Positions 45,242-54,630 of a DNA stretch of 64,000 nt are shown piece by piece (the stretch's first letter is position 1; each line of letters begins with the position of its first letter). Below the pieces are notes generated by a model, which was not told the origin of the DNA, did no database searches, and saw only the letters and a program-made list of their open reading frames with translations. This DNA is from Roseibacillus sp. (GTDB lineage: Bacteria; Verrucomicrobiota; Verrucomicrobiia; Verrucomicrobiales; Akkermansiaceae). The position numbers and the translations under genes were made by a program. The DNA lies in assembly GCA_965242925.1 (NCBI GenBank), contig CBDEUM010000038.1, forward strand, positions 288,001 through 352,000, given 5' to 3'.

Positions 45242-48200
45242 GTGAGTCGCAATCCAGCAAAAGGGACAGGGACTGCCAAAAACCTGCGGGAAATCTTCAC
45301 CGCAGCGCTGGGGTGCGATGATGCGAAGGCGCGGAAGAAACTGCTGGAGCATGAGTGTAATGGCGATGATATCCTGCGTGGGAAAGTGGAGTTATTGCTG
45401 GAGGAGTCGACCATGGTGGGAGACTTTCTGGAACGCCCTGCGGTTGAAGATCCGACCCGGGGGAGCACGCAGGTAGAGACGATGGAGTCGCCGGGAGAAG
45501 GTCCTGGAGATGTGATAGGCCCCTACCGTCTCATCGACCTGGTGGGAGAAGGGGGAGGAGGTTCTGTTTATAGGGTGGAGCAGCAGGATCCCGTTCAGCG
45601 GACGGTTGCTCTCAAAATTCTCAAGCTGGGCATGGATACCCGGAGTGTCATCCGCCGGTTCGAAATCGAACGGCAGGCCCTGGCGGTGATGGATCACCCT
45701 CACATTGCCAAGGTTCTTGATGCGGGAGCCAGTCCCGATGGACGGCCTTACTTCGTGATGGATCTCGTGGAGGGCGAACCCATCACCGGTTACTGCGACG
45801 CCCATTCGTTATCGGTGAAATCCCGGGTCGCCCTCCTGATCAAGGTGTGCCGGGCAGTCGAACACGCGCATCAGAAGGGAATCATTCATCGCGACCTCAA
45901 GCCTTCCAATATTCTTATCGTCGAGCAGGACGGGGAGGTGGTTCCCAAGGTGATTGACTTCGGAGTAGCCAAGGCGATCGATCCTTTCGAGGACGACCGA
46001 TCTCTGACCTTGAACGAAACGGTAATCGGGACTCCTGCCTACATGAGTCCGGAACAAGCGGAACGTGATCGCGTGGACATTGATACCCGCAGTGATGTGT
46101 ATTCCTTGGGGGTTCTTCTCTACGAGTTGCTCACCGGTTACACTCCGCTGGACGGTGGCAAGCTAAAGGAGGCAGGTATCGATGAGCTGCGCCAGGCCTT
46201 GCGCGAGGCCGGATCCTATCGACCCTCGCTCAAGTTGCGGCATGCACGTGTTGAGGATCGTCCCCGCATCGGGATGGCCCGGGGAGCTTCAATTGGCAGG
46301 TTGGAGGTCGAAGTGCAGGGGGACCTCGACTGGATCGTCATGAAGTCTCTTGAACGGGACAGGTCCCGCCGTTATGGCGGAGCGAGTGAACTGGCGGCTG
46401 ATCTGGAACGCTACCTGCAGGGGTTGCCGGTGGAGGCTAGTCCGCCGAGCACCCCTGATCGTCTCCGCAAGTTTGCCCGTCGGCACAGGACGGTGGTGAC
46501 TGCAGCAGCCTTGCTTTTGTTCATGCTGATAGCGGGAGTGGTCATCAGCACCGGGCAGGCCTTGCGAGCCATTCGAGCCGAGCGAGAAATGAGGGAAGCT
46601 CACCGGCAAGAGTCCATCGCTCACGCGAGTGCCATGCGGGAACGGGAGGAAGCGGTTCGCAGCGAGGCTACTGCGCGGTTGCACGAGTATGTGGCCGATA
46701 TCAACGTAGGTTACCATGCGGTGGAAGACGGACACATCGCCAAGGCCCTGAACCTCCTTGAGGGACAGCTCCGGTCAGATCCGGCGGGGGAACTGCGCGG
46801 CTTTGAGTGGCGCTATCTCGCTTCAAGGTGCATGGGTGTCCCTCACCGGACGATGCCTCGTCAGGGCAGCCCGGTTTCTGCCCTGTCGTTTTCTTCCGAT
46901 GGGGACCTTCTGGCGGTGGGGACTCGTCACGAGGTCCTGGTGTGGGATCTATCCCGGGACAAACTGAAAATGTCCGTACCCGGGCCGGCCACCACCGTTG
47001 TTTTTCTTTCGAGAGGAGAGCGACTGGTGGTGGGTAACCGGAGCGGGGTGGTGATCTACAACTGTGAGAGCGGGGAAGTGGTGCATGAGTTGGAAGAACA
47101 GGGTGGGGGAGGCGCGGCGACTCTCTCTCCGCGGGGAAATGTGCTGGCCACGAGCGGACGTGATTCAGTAACGTTATGGGAGACCGGGAGTTGGCAGCCA
47201 ATACGGCGTTTGCCCGATGTTGCCGGACCGCTGGCGTTTGCCCCCGACGGAATGACCCTGGCCACCGGTTCGCGCGAAGGAATCGTCCTGTGGTCCCTTG
47301 GGGAAGATCATCAGGTCACCCTGTATGACTCAGCGGTTCCATTGAGTGGATTCTTTCCGGGAGGGACGAGGATTCTTTTCTCCCCGGATGGCGCGACGGT
47401 GCTGGCTCCGCATGTCGAGAAATCCGAATTGGGCGTGTTTTACCTTGGGACCTGGGATGCAGTGAGCGGAGAGGAACTGGGGGTATTGCCCGCAAGTCCT
47501 GCTGACGAGGGGCATTCGGGCATGATTACTTCGCTCTCAGCCGACTGGGAGGGGCAGGTTCTGGCCTCAAGTAGCTGGGATCATTCGGTGCGCCTCTGGG
47601 ATCTGGAGACCCGACGCCTCCTTCGGACCTTACACGGACACCGGGGGGAGGTCTGGTGCACGGCGCTCTCTCCGCATGGGGGAGTGGTGGCCAGCGGAAG
47701 CAAGGATGGCGAGGTCAAGATCTGGCCCACCAGCGGAGCGCCAGAGGCGGAAGCCATCGTGGGTCAGTGGAAGCCATTGAGTTTTTCACGGGACAGTCGT
47801 TACGTCGGCGCGTTAAACAGGGAAGGGGGAGTTGCGATCATGAACCTTGAGACAAGGAAGATGGTCCACCAGTTGGAGGTGAGTTCCTCAGACAGGCGTT
47901 ACCCCCGCTATATCGTTGCTCTCACAGACGATTTGACCGCGCTGGCAGAAGCGTTGCCCGAGGGGGAAGTCAAGATGAGGAATCTGGGCAAGGAGGAGAC
48001 AGTAATGACTTTTGCAAGCGGGAGTTCCCGGGTTGACAGGTTGGCTCTCGCTCCTGATTCGAGCACGATTGTTACAGTCGGATGGCGGGATGATCTCGCC
48101 TGGTGGGATCTCACGGACACTTCAGAACCCATAATGAGAATTTCAGGTCGCCGGGCGGTGTTCTCTGCCGATGGGGGAACGCTTGCGACCGTGACAAGAG

Positions 48201-48676
48201 ATGGCTACAGCATCATCTGGGATACCGCGACCCATAGGGAGCGGTTACGCATTGAACATGGGGGACAGTCCCTTGGTTCCAGCGTGGCTGTCTCGCCGGA
48301 TGGAGCGATTCTGGCCCTGACCTATGGGATCGATGACTTTGAGAATACGGTCAGCCTGTGGGATACCACCACCGGTGAGCATCTGGGGACCTTGCCGGGA
48401 CACAAGCAGACCATCTGGTCAGTTACCTTCTCTCCGGACGGGCGAACACTGGCCTCCTCCAGTGCGGACGGCACCCTTCGCTTATGGAATGTTGCCTCGC
48501 GCCGCGAACTGATGTCCATCGATCAGGGGGGATCGAGTCTTGCTCATTTGCGGTTTTCTCCCGATGGCACCTTCCTGGTAGCGGGGACTCCACCCTTTTC
48601 GAGTTCAGGCCAGATCCGGATTATTCACGCCCCGCCGATCCGCTTCGATGATCCTGATACGGATATCATTCCGTGA
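45242..48676 (+). CDS. Ser/Thr protein kinase with a hydrophobic segment and WD40 repeats
   Basis: GEGGGG, VALK, HRDLKPSN, IDFG, GTPAYMSPEQ, DVYSLG; hydrophobic helix; many FSPDG/GH..WD repeats. Confidence 0.95.
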   Translation: MSRNPAKGTGTAKNLREIFTAALGCDDAKARKKLLEHECNGDDILRGKVELLLEESTMVGDFLERPAVEDPTRGSTQVETMESPGEGPGDVIGPYRLIDLVGEGGGGSVYRVEQQDPVQRTVALKILKLGMDTRSVIRRFEIERQALAVMDHPHIAKVLDAGASPDGRPYFVMDLVEGEPITGYCDAHSLSVKSRVALLIKVCRAVEHAHQKGIIHRDLKPSNILIVEQDGEVVPKVIDFGVAKAIDPFEDDRSLTLNETVIGTPAYMSPEQAERDRVDIDTRSDVYSLGVLLYELLTGYTPLDGGKLKEAGIDELRQALREAGSYRPSLKLRHARVEDRPRIGMARGASIGRLEVEVQGDLDWIVMKSLERDRSRRYGGASELAADLERYLQGLPVEASPPSTPDRLRKFARRHRTVVTAAALLLFMLIAGVVISTGQALRAIRAEREMREAHRQESIAHASAMREREEAVRSEATARLHEYVADINVGYHAVEDGHIAKALNLLEGQLRSDPAGELRGFEWRYLASRCMGVPHRTMPRQGSPVSALSFSSDGDLLAVGTRHEVLVWDLSRDKLKMSVPGPATTVVFLSRGERLVVGNRSGVVIYNCESGEVVHELEEQGGGGAATLSPRGNVLATSGRDSVTLWETGSWQPIRRLPDVAGPLAFAPDGMTLATGSREGIVLWSLGEDHQVTLYDSAVPLSGFFPGGTRILFSPDGATVLAPHVEKSELGVFYLGTWDAVSGEELGVLPASPADEGHSGMITSLSADWEGQVLASSSWDHSVRLWDLETRRLLRTLHGHRGEVWCTALSPHGGVVASGSKDGEVKIWPTSGAPEAEAIVGQWKPLSFSRDSRYVGALNREGGVAIMNLETRKMVHQLEVSSSDRRYPRYIVALTDDLTALAEALPEGEVKMRNLGKEETVMTFASGSSRVDRLALAPDSSTIVTVGWRDDLAWWDLTDTSEPIMRISGRRAVFSADGGTLATVTRDGYSIIWDTATHRERLRIEHGGQSLGSSVAVSPDGAILALTYGIDDFENTVSLWDTTTGEHLGTLPGHKQTIWSVTFSPDGRTLASSSADGTLRLWNVASRRELMSIDQGGSSLAHLRFSPDGTFLVAGTPPFSSSGQIRIIHAPPIRFDDPDTDIIP

Positions 48677-49526
48677 TGGGAGCTTTGTCCGGGGGCTTGC
48701 GCTTTTCGAGTGAAATCCCGTAGAGGGCGGCGAGAGAGGATACAAAGCCGGCATGTTCCTGGGGGACTGCCCGGTGCCACTTGGAGAAGTACTGAGGGAA
48801 GGTTTCTCCTTGGGGAGAGGGAGAGGAATTCAGCCAGCGGATGGCATTCCAATTCTGCGGGTGACGCTCGAAAACGGCCAGCAGGACGAGGGCCATTGCA
48901 CCATTTTTTTCCCGATCGGTGCCGTTAGAAGCGAGATGCTGAGCGTGTTTCCGGTAATAGGCCGGGAGGCCTGTCCGGGTAATTTCAAGATAGTCTTGGC
49001 GGGTTCGCTCGATCTCATCGGTGTAGTCACGTAGCAAAGGAGCATAACTTTTCCAGTTTCCGTATGGAGCGTTCGTTCTCCATTCCACTGACATCCTGCG
49101 CAGGCAGTAAAGGGAAGCGGTCTCGCAGATGGTCTCCTCGAACCAGAGATTGCCTCGAAAGTCTTCATCATAACCGCATAGGACATGGCATATCTCGTGG
49201 GAAAACTGGTAGGCATATTGAGCCCAGTACAATTTTTCGGTGGTGAGTCTTATCAGATGCTCCCCTCTTTCCCCGCGCCTGAAGAGAACGATCGGTCCGT
49301 GGTCACCCCTGCTTACTGCGGTCGTTGTCTTTTCCAAGCCTTTCATGTGCCTGAGCAACTGGTCCGCGGCAGAGCGACATACGGCGTGGATATCGGCCCT
49401 GGGGGCATTGAAGCCCTCGGGGTTTACCTGAATGGTGAGGGACTTCCGCGAATCGGCCGGAGAGACAAGCTGCAGAAGGACGAAAAGTGCTGCGGAGAGA
49501 AAGAGAGGGATGTGTCGGATTCTCAT
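48666..49526 (-). CDS. Secreted protein with an HExxH zinc-peptidase-like motif
   Basis: Signal peptide; YQFSHEICHVL followed by WFEETICE. Confidence 0.7.
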   Translation of the reverse strand: MRIRHIPLFLSAALFVLLQLVSPADSRKSLTIQVNPEGFNAPRADIHAVCRSAADQLLRHMKGLEKTTTAVSRGDHGPIVLFRRGERGEHLIRLTTEKLYWAQYAYQFSHEICHVLCGYDEDFRGNLWFEETICETASLYCLRRMSVEWRTNAPYGNWKSYAPLLRDYTDEIERTRQDYLEITRTGLPAYYRKHAQHLASNGTDREKNGAMALVLLAVFERHPQNWNAIRWLNSSPSPQGETFPQYFSKWHRAVPQEHAGFVSSLAALYGISLEKRKPPDKAPITE

Positions 49527-49543
49527 AGGTTGAGGAGATGGTT

Positions 49544-50521
49544 TCAGTAGGGCCCACGAATGTGCTCATGAACATTGCTGAGATAGAATCGGCGAAGCGT
49601 GTCGTGTAATTCGCCGGAAAGAGGAGCAAGAGAGGAAACGGTTGCATTTTCCTGCGCCTGTTCCGGAGAGCTCGCACCCGGGATGATGACAGAAACCGCT
49701 TCGAAATCGAGAATCCATCGTTGAGACATTTGAGCCATGGTCATGTCCTCGGGCACGAGAGGTCGCAGTTGATCGGCGAGTTGCAACCCCTTCTCAAAGG
49801 GAATCCCTGCGAAGGTTTCCCCGACATTGAAGCATGCTCCATCCCGGTTGAAATTGCGGTGGTCGCCCTCTCCGAAGGTGGTTTCAGTGGTGAACTTGCC
49901 GCTCAGTAATCCGCTGGCGAGGGGGAGTCGGACGATGATGCCGACTCCCTGTTCTGCGGCGCGGGGGAATAGTTCTTCAATAAGTTTTTGCCGGAAGGGG
50001 TTGAAGATGACCTGAAGAGAAAGGAGGTCATCATGTTTCAGGCAGGTGAGGCCCTCCTCCACGCTCTCGACACTTGCACCAAAATGCCTGATGAGTCCCT
50101 CGTTCTTGAGTGCGCGCAGCCAATCAAAAATGGCTCCTTCCCGAAGGATCGAATGCGGGACACAATGTAGTTGCACGAGGTCGAGGCAGTCCAGTCCGAG
50201 TTTCTCGTTGCTCTTGAGGATCGACTTCCGAAGGTTCACCTCGCTGTAACCGTCGGGGTAGACTTCGCGACCGGTCTTGGAGGCAACCGTGATACCGTTA
50301 CCATGTTCCCGGAGGAATTTCCCGATGAGTCTCTCGCTGCGTCCAGACCCATACACATTGGCGGTGTCGAAGAAGTTCGATTCGCTGTCCTGTGCGGCCG
50401 ACAGAATCTGATGTCCAGTCTCCTCATCCAGGGGGCCGAATTCGGTCCCTCCCAGCTGCCAGCAGCCCAGCCCTACTTCGCCTACTTCAAATCCATTTGA
50501 GCCAAGGGTGCGGGTTTTCAT
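49544..50521 (-). CDS. Aldo/keto reductase
   Basis: GLGCWQLGG, FDTANVYG-GRSE, DLVQLH, PLASGLLSGK, IPGAS. Confidence 0.93.
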   Translation of the reverse strand: MKTRTLGSNGFEVGEVGLGCWQLGGTEFGPLDEETGHQILSAAQDSESNFFDTANVYGSGRSERLIGKFLREHGNGITVASKTGREVYPDGYSEVNLRKSILKSNEKLGLDCLDLVQLHCVPHSILREGAIFDWLRALKNEGLIRHFGASVESVEEGLTCLKHDDLLSLQVIFNPFRQKLIEELFPRAAEQGVGIIVRLPLASGLLSGKFTTETTFGEGDHRNFNRDGACFNVGETFAGIPFEKGLQLADQLRPLVPEDMTMAQMSQRWILDFEAVSVIIPGASSPEQAQENATVSSLAPLSGELHDTLRRFYLSNVHEHIRGPY

Positions 50522-50614
50522 GCGTCGCTGGACGATGGAGAGGTCGGCAGGGGGTGACAAGGAGCGAGTGAAGATGCCAGCTTGGCTGCCAGTCTGAGAG
50601 AGCTGGAATCAAAT

Positions 50615-50649
50615 GCAAAACGGGCCGCAGGGAATGAGCGGCCCGTTTG
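50615..50649 (-). terminator. Intrinsic terminator downstream of the ThuA-like gene
   Basis: Minus strand AAACGGGCCGC-loop-GCGGCCCGTTTT. Confidence 0.75.
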
Positions 50650-50677
50650 TGGGGAATGATGGAACCGGAACCGGCGA

Positions 50678-51685
50678 TTACTTGTGATCGGAAGGTTTTA
50701 TTCCCTTCTTGAAGCCGTTGAAGCTGTAAAAGGTAGGCTTATAGTCCCCGATCGGAGTGACCTTGGCTTTGCCGTCAATGGTGTCCTCCATGCCGAGTCC
50801 CCAGAAGACTCCATTGACAACCATGCGGCGGAGACCCTCGCTCTTGAAATCGGTGGCGGCTCCCATCGTGGTACAGAAGAGCCGGTTGGTCTTGCCCTTG
50901 GGATTTTTCAGTTCGCGGGTCCAAGCCACTGCCATGGCTGGATCGTTAACATCCTCGACCTGTCCGGTGGCACGGTTTTTCTTCTTTTTGCCCTCCACCG
51001 GAGCGGAGTCCGGCTTAAGGGATTTGGTTACCACGCCCCGCATGAGAATGGTGGCGTCCTTGGGAGGATATGCTTCGTAGGTGTCGCTGTCCGCAAAGAC
51101 ATCTGTAGCGCCCTTCAGGATGGGATGATCCTTGTTGGCGTCTTCCACCGCGCCACGACATCCTTCCCGCTTGTGGTGTCCCCAGTGGCTCACCCAGCCC
51201 TCGCCGAGCACCTTTTTGCCGAAGCTGTTGAAGTCCCGGTAGGCGCCCTGACGGAGTTGAAAGGCGTGCGTGCTGGTGCGGAGGCCGATGATGGGGACGC
51301 CCCGGTGATAGGCATCCACAAAGTGCTTCATGTCCTCGTCGGGCCAGTTGCGGAACCGAAGGGCTATGATGATGAGGTCAGCCGAGTCCATGGCCTCGGA
51401 GTTGGTGACACTCTTCTGGTTGTTGGGATCGATCTCGCCCTTGTCATTCACCGAGAAGAGAACGGTGCAGTCGAATCCGTGGTGATCGGAGAGGATGCGC
51501 CCAAGCATGGGCAGACATTCCTCGGAGCGATATTCTTCGTCACCACTGACAAGAACGATGTGCTTGCCCTTACCCGGGCCGTCCTTGCCCTCGTAGTGGA
51601 CCGAGAGATGATGATCGGCCTGAACTGAGGTGAGGCTGAGTGCCAGGCCGGCGCCAGCTGATACGATGCGATGGAGTCGATTCAT
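50678..51685 (-). CDS. ThuA-like (class I glutamine amidotransferase fold) secreted protein
   Basis: Signal peptide; IVLVSGDEEYRSEE, GLRTSTHAF, HPIL, AWTRE, FCTTMGA. Confidence 0.8.
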   Translation of the reverse strand: MNRLHRIVSAGAGLALSLTSVQADHHLSVHYEGKDGPGKGKHIVLVSGDEEYRSEECLPMLGRILSDHHGFDCTVLFSVNDKGEIDPNNQKSVTNSEAMDSADLIIIALRFRNWPDEDMKHFVDAYHRGVPIIGLRTSTHAFQLRQGAYRDFNSFGKKVLGEGWVSHWGHHKREGCRGAVEDANKDHPILKGATDVFADSDTYEAYPPKDATILMRGVVTKSLKPDSAPVEGKKKKNRATGQVEDVNDPAMAVAWTRELKNPKGKTNRLFCTTMGAATDFKSEGLRRMVVNGVFWGLGMEDTIDGKAKVTPIGDYKPTFYSFNGFKKGIKPSDHK

Positions 51686-51827
51686 GGTTAGTGGGATGGT
51701 TGGTGTTGGAACAGGCTGCATACACACCCCCTGCTGGCAAGATCTCAATCGCGCTATCCCGGGGCGGAGGCCCACGGGGAAACGGGCGGAATTGAATGGG
51801 CGGTTTCCTGGATCTCCTGAGAAATGG

Positions 51828-52754
51828 TTAATTGGAGAGGGCCCGGAGGGCGGCGACATTAGCCCTCATCACGCTGAGGAAGTCTCCGTTTTCGGGTTGG
51901 TTACCGCAGGGGGAGATGACCACGCTGGTGAGGCCGATTTCTTTCAGTTTCTCGATGTTCCGGGGGAGAGGATCACCCTCCCAGATGAAGAGCGTGGCCC
52001 CGGGGTTCTCTTCCCGGATTCTGGACAGGGCTGCCATGTCTTCGGGGGTGAGTTCCATGTTGGGTTCCCATAAGAGTGAGGGTGCGACGATGTGGTAGGC
52101 GCGGGCCCAGTATTGATAGACCGGGTGAGAAACAATGACGGGAGCATTTCCGAGTCCGGATGTGGCGGCAGTCATCCCGGTGTCGAGGTTGTTGAGATCT
52201 TCCAGAAGGGCGTCCAGCCTGGTCATGACAGTCCCCCTGTGTTCGGGAAATCGCTCGCCGAGTGCGAGGGCTGTTTCGGATGCCTGGGCCGAAGCCTGCT
52301 TGAGATCCAGCCAGGTGGTGAACGCGAGACCGTCGTGAGAGTGAGCGTCCTCGCCCTTCTTGTGGCTGTGCTTGAGAGTGCCCTCGGTCTTGATGAGCCT
52401 GTCCCGGAAGGAACTGGAGGTCGTCACCGTGGTCTCGTAGGGGAGGGTGCGGGAGGAGGTCCACTTGGCGTAGGTTGCCCCATTCAGCAGGATGAGATCG
52501 GCCTTCTGGATGGCGGTGATCTGCTCGTCATGGGGTTCCCAGAAGGCGGGATCCTGGTTGGTCGGCACGTCGTAGAGAACAGTGGCAAAATCGCTGGAAA
52601 GGCGTTCAGCAAAATAGGCCAGAGGATAGTTGACGGCGGCGATGACGGGCTTGTGGCTTTCGCCGTCATGGGGCTGGGCCTGCTTTTCTTGCTCTCCGCA
52701 GGAAACGAGATGAAGAGCGAGGATCAGAGGGGAGCCGGGGAGAGCGTGTTTCAT
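51828..52754 (-). CDS. ZnuA-fold metal-binding lipoprotein with non-canonical ligands
   Basis: Lipobox LVSC; NYPLAYFAERL, DPAFWEP, ADLILLNG, His loop KHSHKKGEDAHSHDG, TWLD, SHPVYQY. Confidence 0.8.
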   Translation of the reverse strand: MKHALPGSPLILALHLVSCGEQEKQAQPHDGESHKPVIAAVNYPLAYFAERLSSDFATVLYDVPTNQDPAFWEPHDEQITAIQKADLILLNGATYAKWTSSRTLPYETTVTTSSSFRDRLIKTEGTLKHSHKKGEDAHSHDGLAFTTWLDLKQASAQASETALALGERFPEHRGTVMTRLDALLEDLNNLDTGMTAATSGLGNAPVIVSHPVYQYWARAYHIVAPSLLWEPNMELTPEDMAALSRIREENPGATLFIWEGDPLPRNIEKLKEIGLTSVVISPCGNQPENGDFLSVMRANVAALRALSN

Positions 52755-52770
52755 GCAAGAGAAGCAGTTC

Positions 52771-53956
52771 TTAGTTGAGAAACCTGGAGAGAAGATCGCT
52801 AGCGAGGGAGCGGGTGAGGGAGACGGCAATCCGTGCCAGAATCATTGCCGAGATCACGACAATGGTGACCTCGACGGCCTTAAGGGTGCCGATCAGGATC
52901 CTGCTGGCACCGATCTTGGTGTAGGTGAGCATTTCGCGTTCACGAAGACGAAAGGAGAGCAGGAATACGAGGGCGGCCAGTCCCAGGGCGGCCACGCCCA
53001 GAAGTCGGAAAGCTGCTAGAGCAAGACGTTGGGTGGCGAAGAGGGTGTCAGCGAGGTCTGTGACGGCAGAGAGGGGAACCACCATCTGGGCCGGTGGCGT
53101 CCCTGTCCTGATAAGCCGCCAGGGCGAGGGCGCGTTGCTTCTGGTCCCCGGGGACGAGGATGGCAGAAGAAAGGGGATAGGTGCCAGGATCACCGTGAAA
53201 GTGAAAGCTTGTGATATTCCCGTCGGTGACCTCGTTAAATTCGATCACCGAGGCATTGGCGCGAACCACGTTCTCGCCGGATTCCCCGGGCGATCCGGAG
53301 GCCCCCGGGTCGGTCAGGTCCTGGTGACCATGTGCGAGGCCTTCGATAATCCAGGTGGTCTTGAAATCGACGAAGACGGCGTCGTCATCAGCCGTGTGAT
53401 TGGGGGCAAGCACACCGGTGATGCGCATGCGCAACGGGTAGACACCGGCAAGATCAAAGACATTCTCCGGCGAGGACGTGATAGTGTCGCCTGCCTTGAG
53501 ATTCTCGCGGGCGGCAAGTCGGGATCCAATAACGCAGTCGCCAAGGCGGGTGATCATCCGTCCGGAGGACACCATGAGTTTGCGCAATTCGAAGTAGGCG
53601 AGAGAAGTCCCTATGACGGGGGCGTTCTCTGCCTCGAATCGGGCGTGCATCGGGATGGTGGTCCCGAAACGTTGCCGGGAAAGTTCTTCATAGGTGGCAA
53701 AGGTGAGTGGGGGAAGTTGCTGCGGGGTGAAATAGAGCGAGTTCAGGGTGAGGTCGATCGAGCTGCCTTTCGGACCGAGGAGGAGGGGGGTGGAGCGGGC
53801 CCGCTCCCGGAGGACATCCTCACTTTCACTGATGAAGACCTGCAGGGCGCGCGGAAAGAAGAAGGTGAGCGCGATGGCGGTGACCAGCGTGAGCGATCGC
53901 ATCGGGCGATGGCTGAGGTGTTTCCAGCTGAGGAATGCGATGCCGCCGGGATTCAT
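52771..53956 (-). pseudogene. MacB/FtsX-type ABC permease, split by a single-base frameshift (possibly a sequencing error)
   Basis: ORF 53956-53048 (RSLTL TM, LGPKGS, periplasmic domain) continues in another frame from about 53090 (QMVVP...LRERE...KIGAS TM block) to the stop at 52771. Confidence 0.8.
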
Positions 53957-54627
53957 GGGGTGGCGGTTTCCCGGAACTGGTTGAGTTCTTCAAACTGCAC
54001 GACTGCGTCGAAGGCATCCAGCAGTTCGACATCGTGGGTGGCGACCACAAGACACTGTCCCCGCTCGCGGGCGGTGTTGATCATGACATCCAGCACCCTG
54101 CGCTTGTTGCGAGGGTCAAGATTACCGGTAGGTTCATCGGCCAGAACAAGGCTGGGCTTCGTGCTCAGGGCACGACAGATGGCGACCCGCTGTCTCTCGC
54201 CGTGGGAGAGGTTGCGGGGGTGCATTCTCCAGTAGCCTGCGATTCCGGTATGTTCGGCGAGTCGTTTCGCCTCCGCTTCGATGGCGGGCCGTTGCGATCT
54301 CAGGCCGAGATGTATGGGGAGAAGGATGTTTTCTCCTACCGCGAGATGCTCGACGAGTTCAAACTCCTGGAAGATGAGCCCTATTCTCGCCAGCCTGAAG
54401 GTTGCACCCATGGCGTCTCCCAGGGAACTGACCTCAACGCCGTCCACGCGGACAACTCCCCTGGACGGGTGAAGAATCCCGGCGGCCAGATTGAGGAAGG
54501 TGGTCTTTCCGCAACCACTGGGCCCGACGATCGCGGTTGCCTGTGCCGCCTGGCAGGCGAAGTGGTCGATCCGCAGGCGATAGTCGCTTTGCGGATATTG
54601 AAATTCGATCTCTTCGACTTGGAGCAC
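53953..54627 (-). CDS. ABC ATP-binding protein, LolD/MacB type
   Basis: GPSGCGKTT, IGLIFQEFEL, LSHGERQRVAICRAL, LADEPTGNLD, VATHD. Confidence 0.93.
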   Translation of the reverse strand: MLQVEEIEFQYPQSDYRLRIDHFACQAAQATAIVGPSGCGKTTFLNLAAGILHPSRGVVRVDGVEVSSLGDAMGATFRLARIGLIFQEFELVEHLAVGENILLPIHLGLRSQRPAIEAEAKRLAEHTGIAGYWRMHPRNLSHGERQRVAICRALSTKPSLVLADEPTGNLDPRNKRRVLDVMINTARERGQCLVVATHDVELLDAFDAVVQFEELNQFRETATP

Positions 54628-54630
54628 GGA

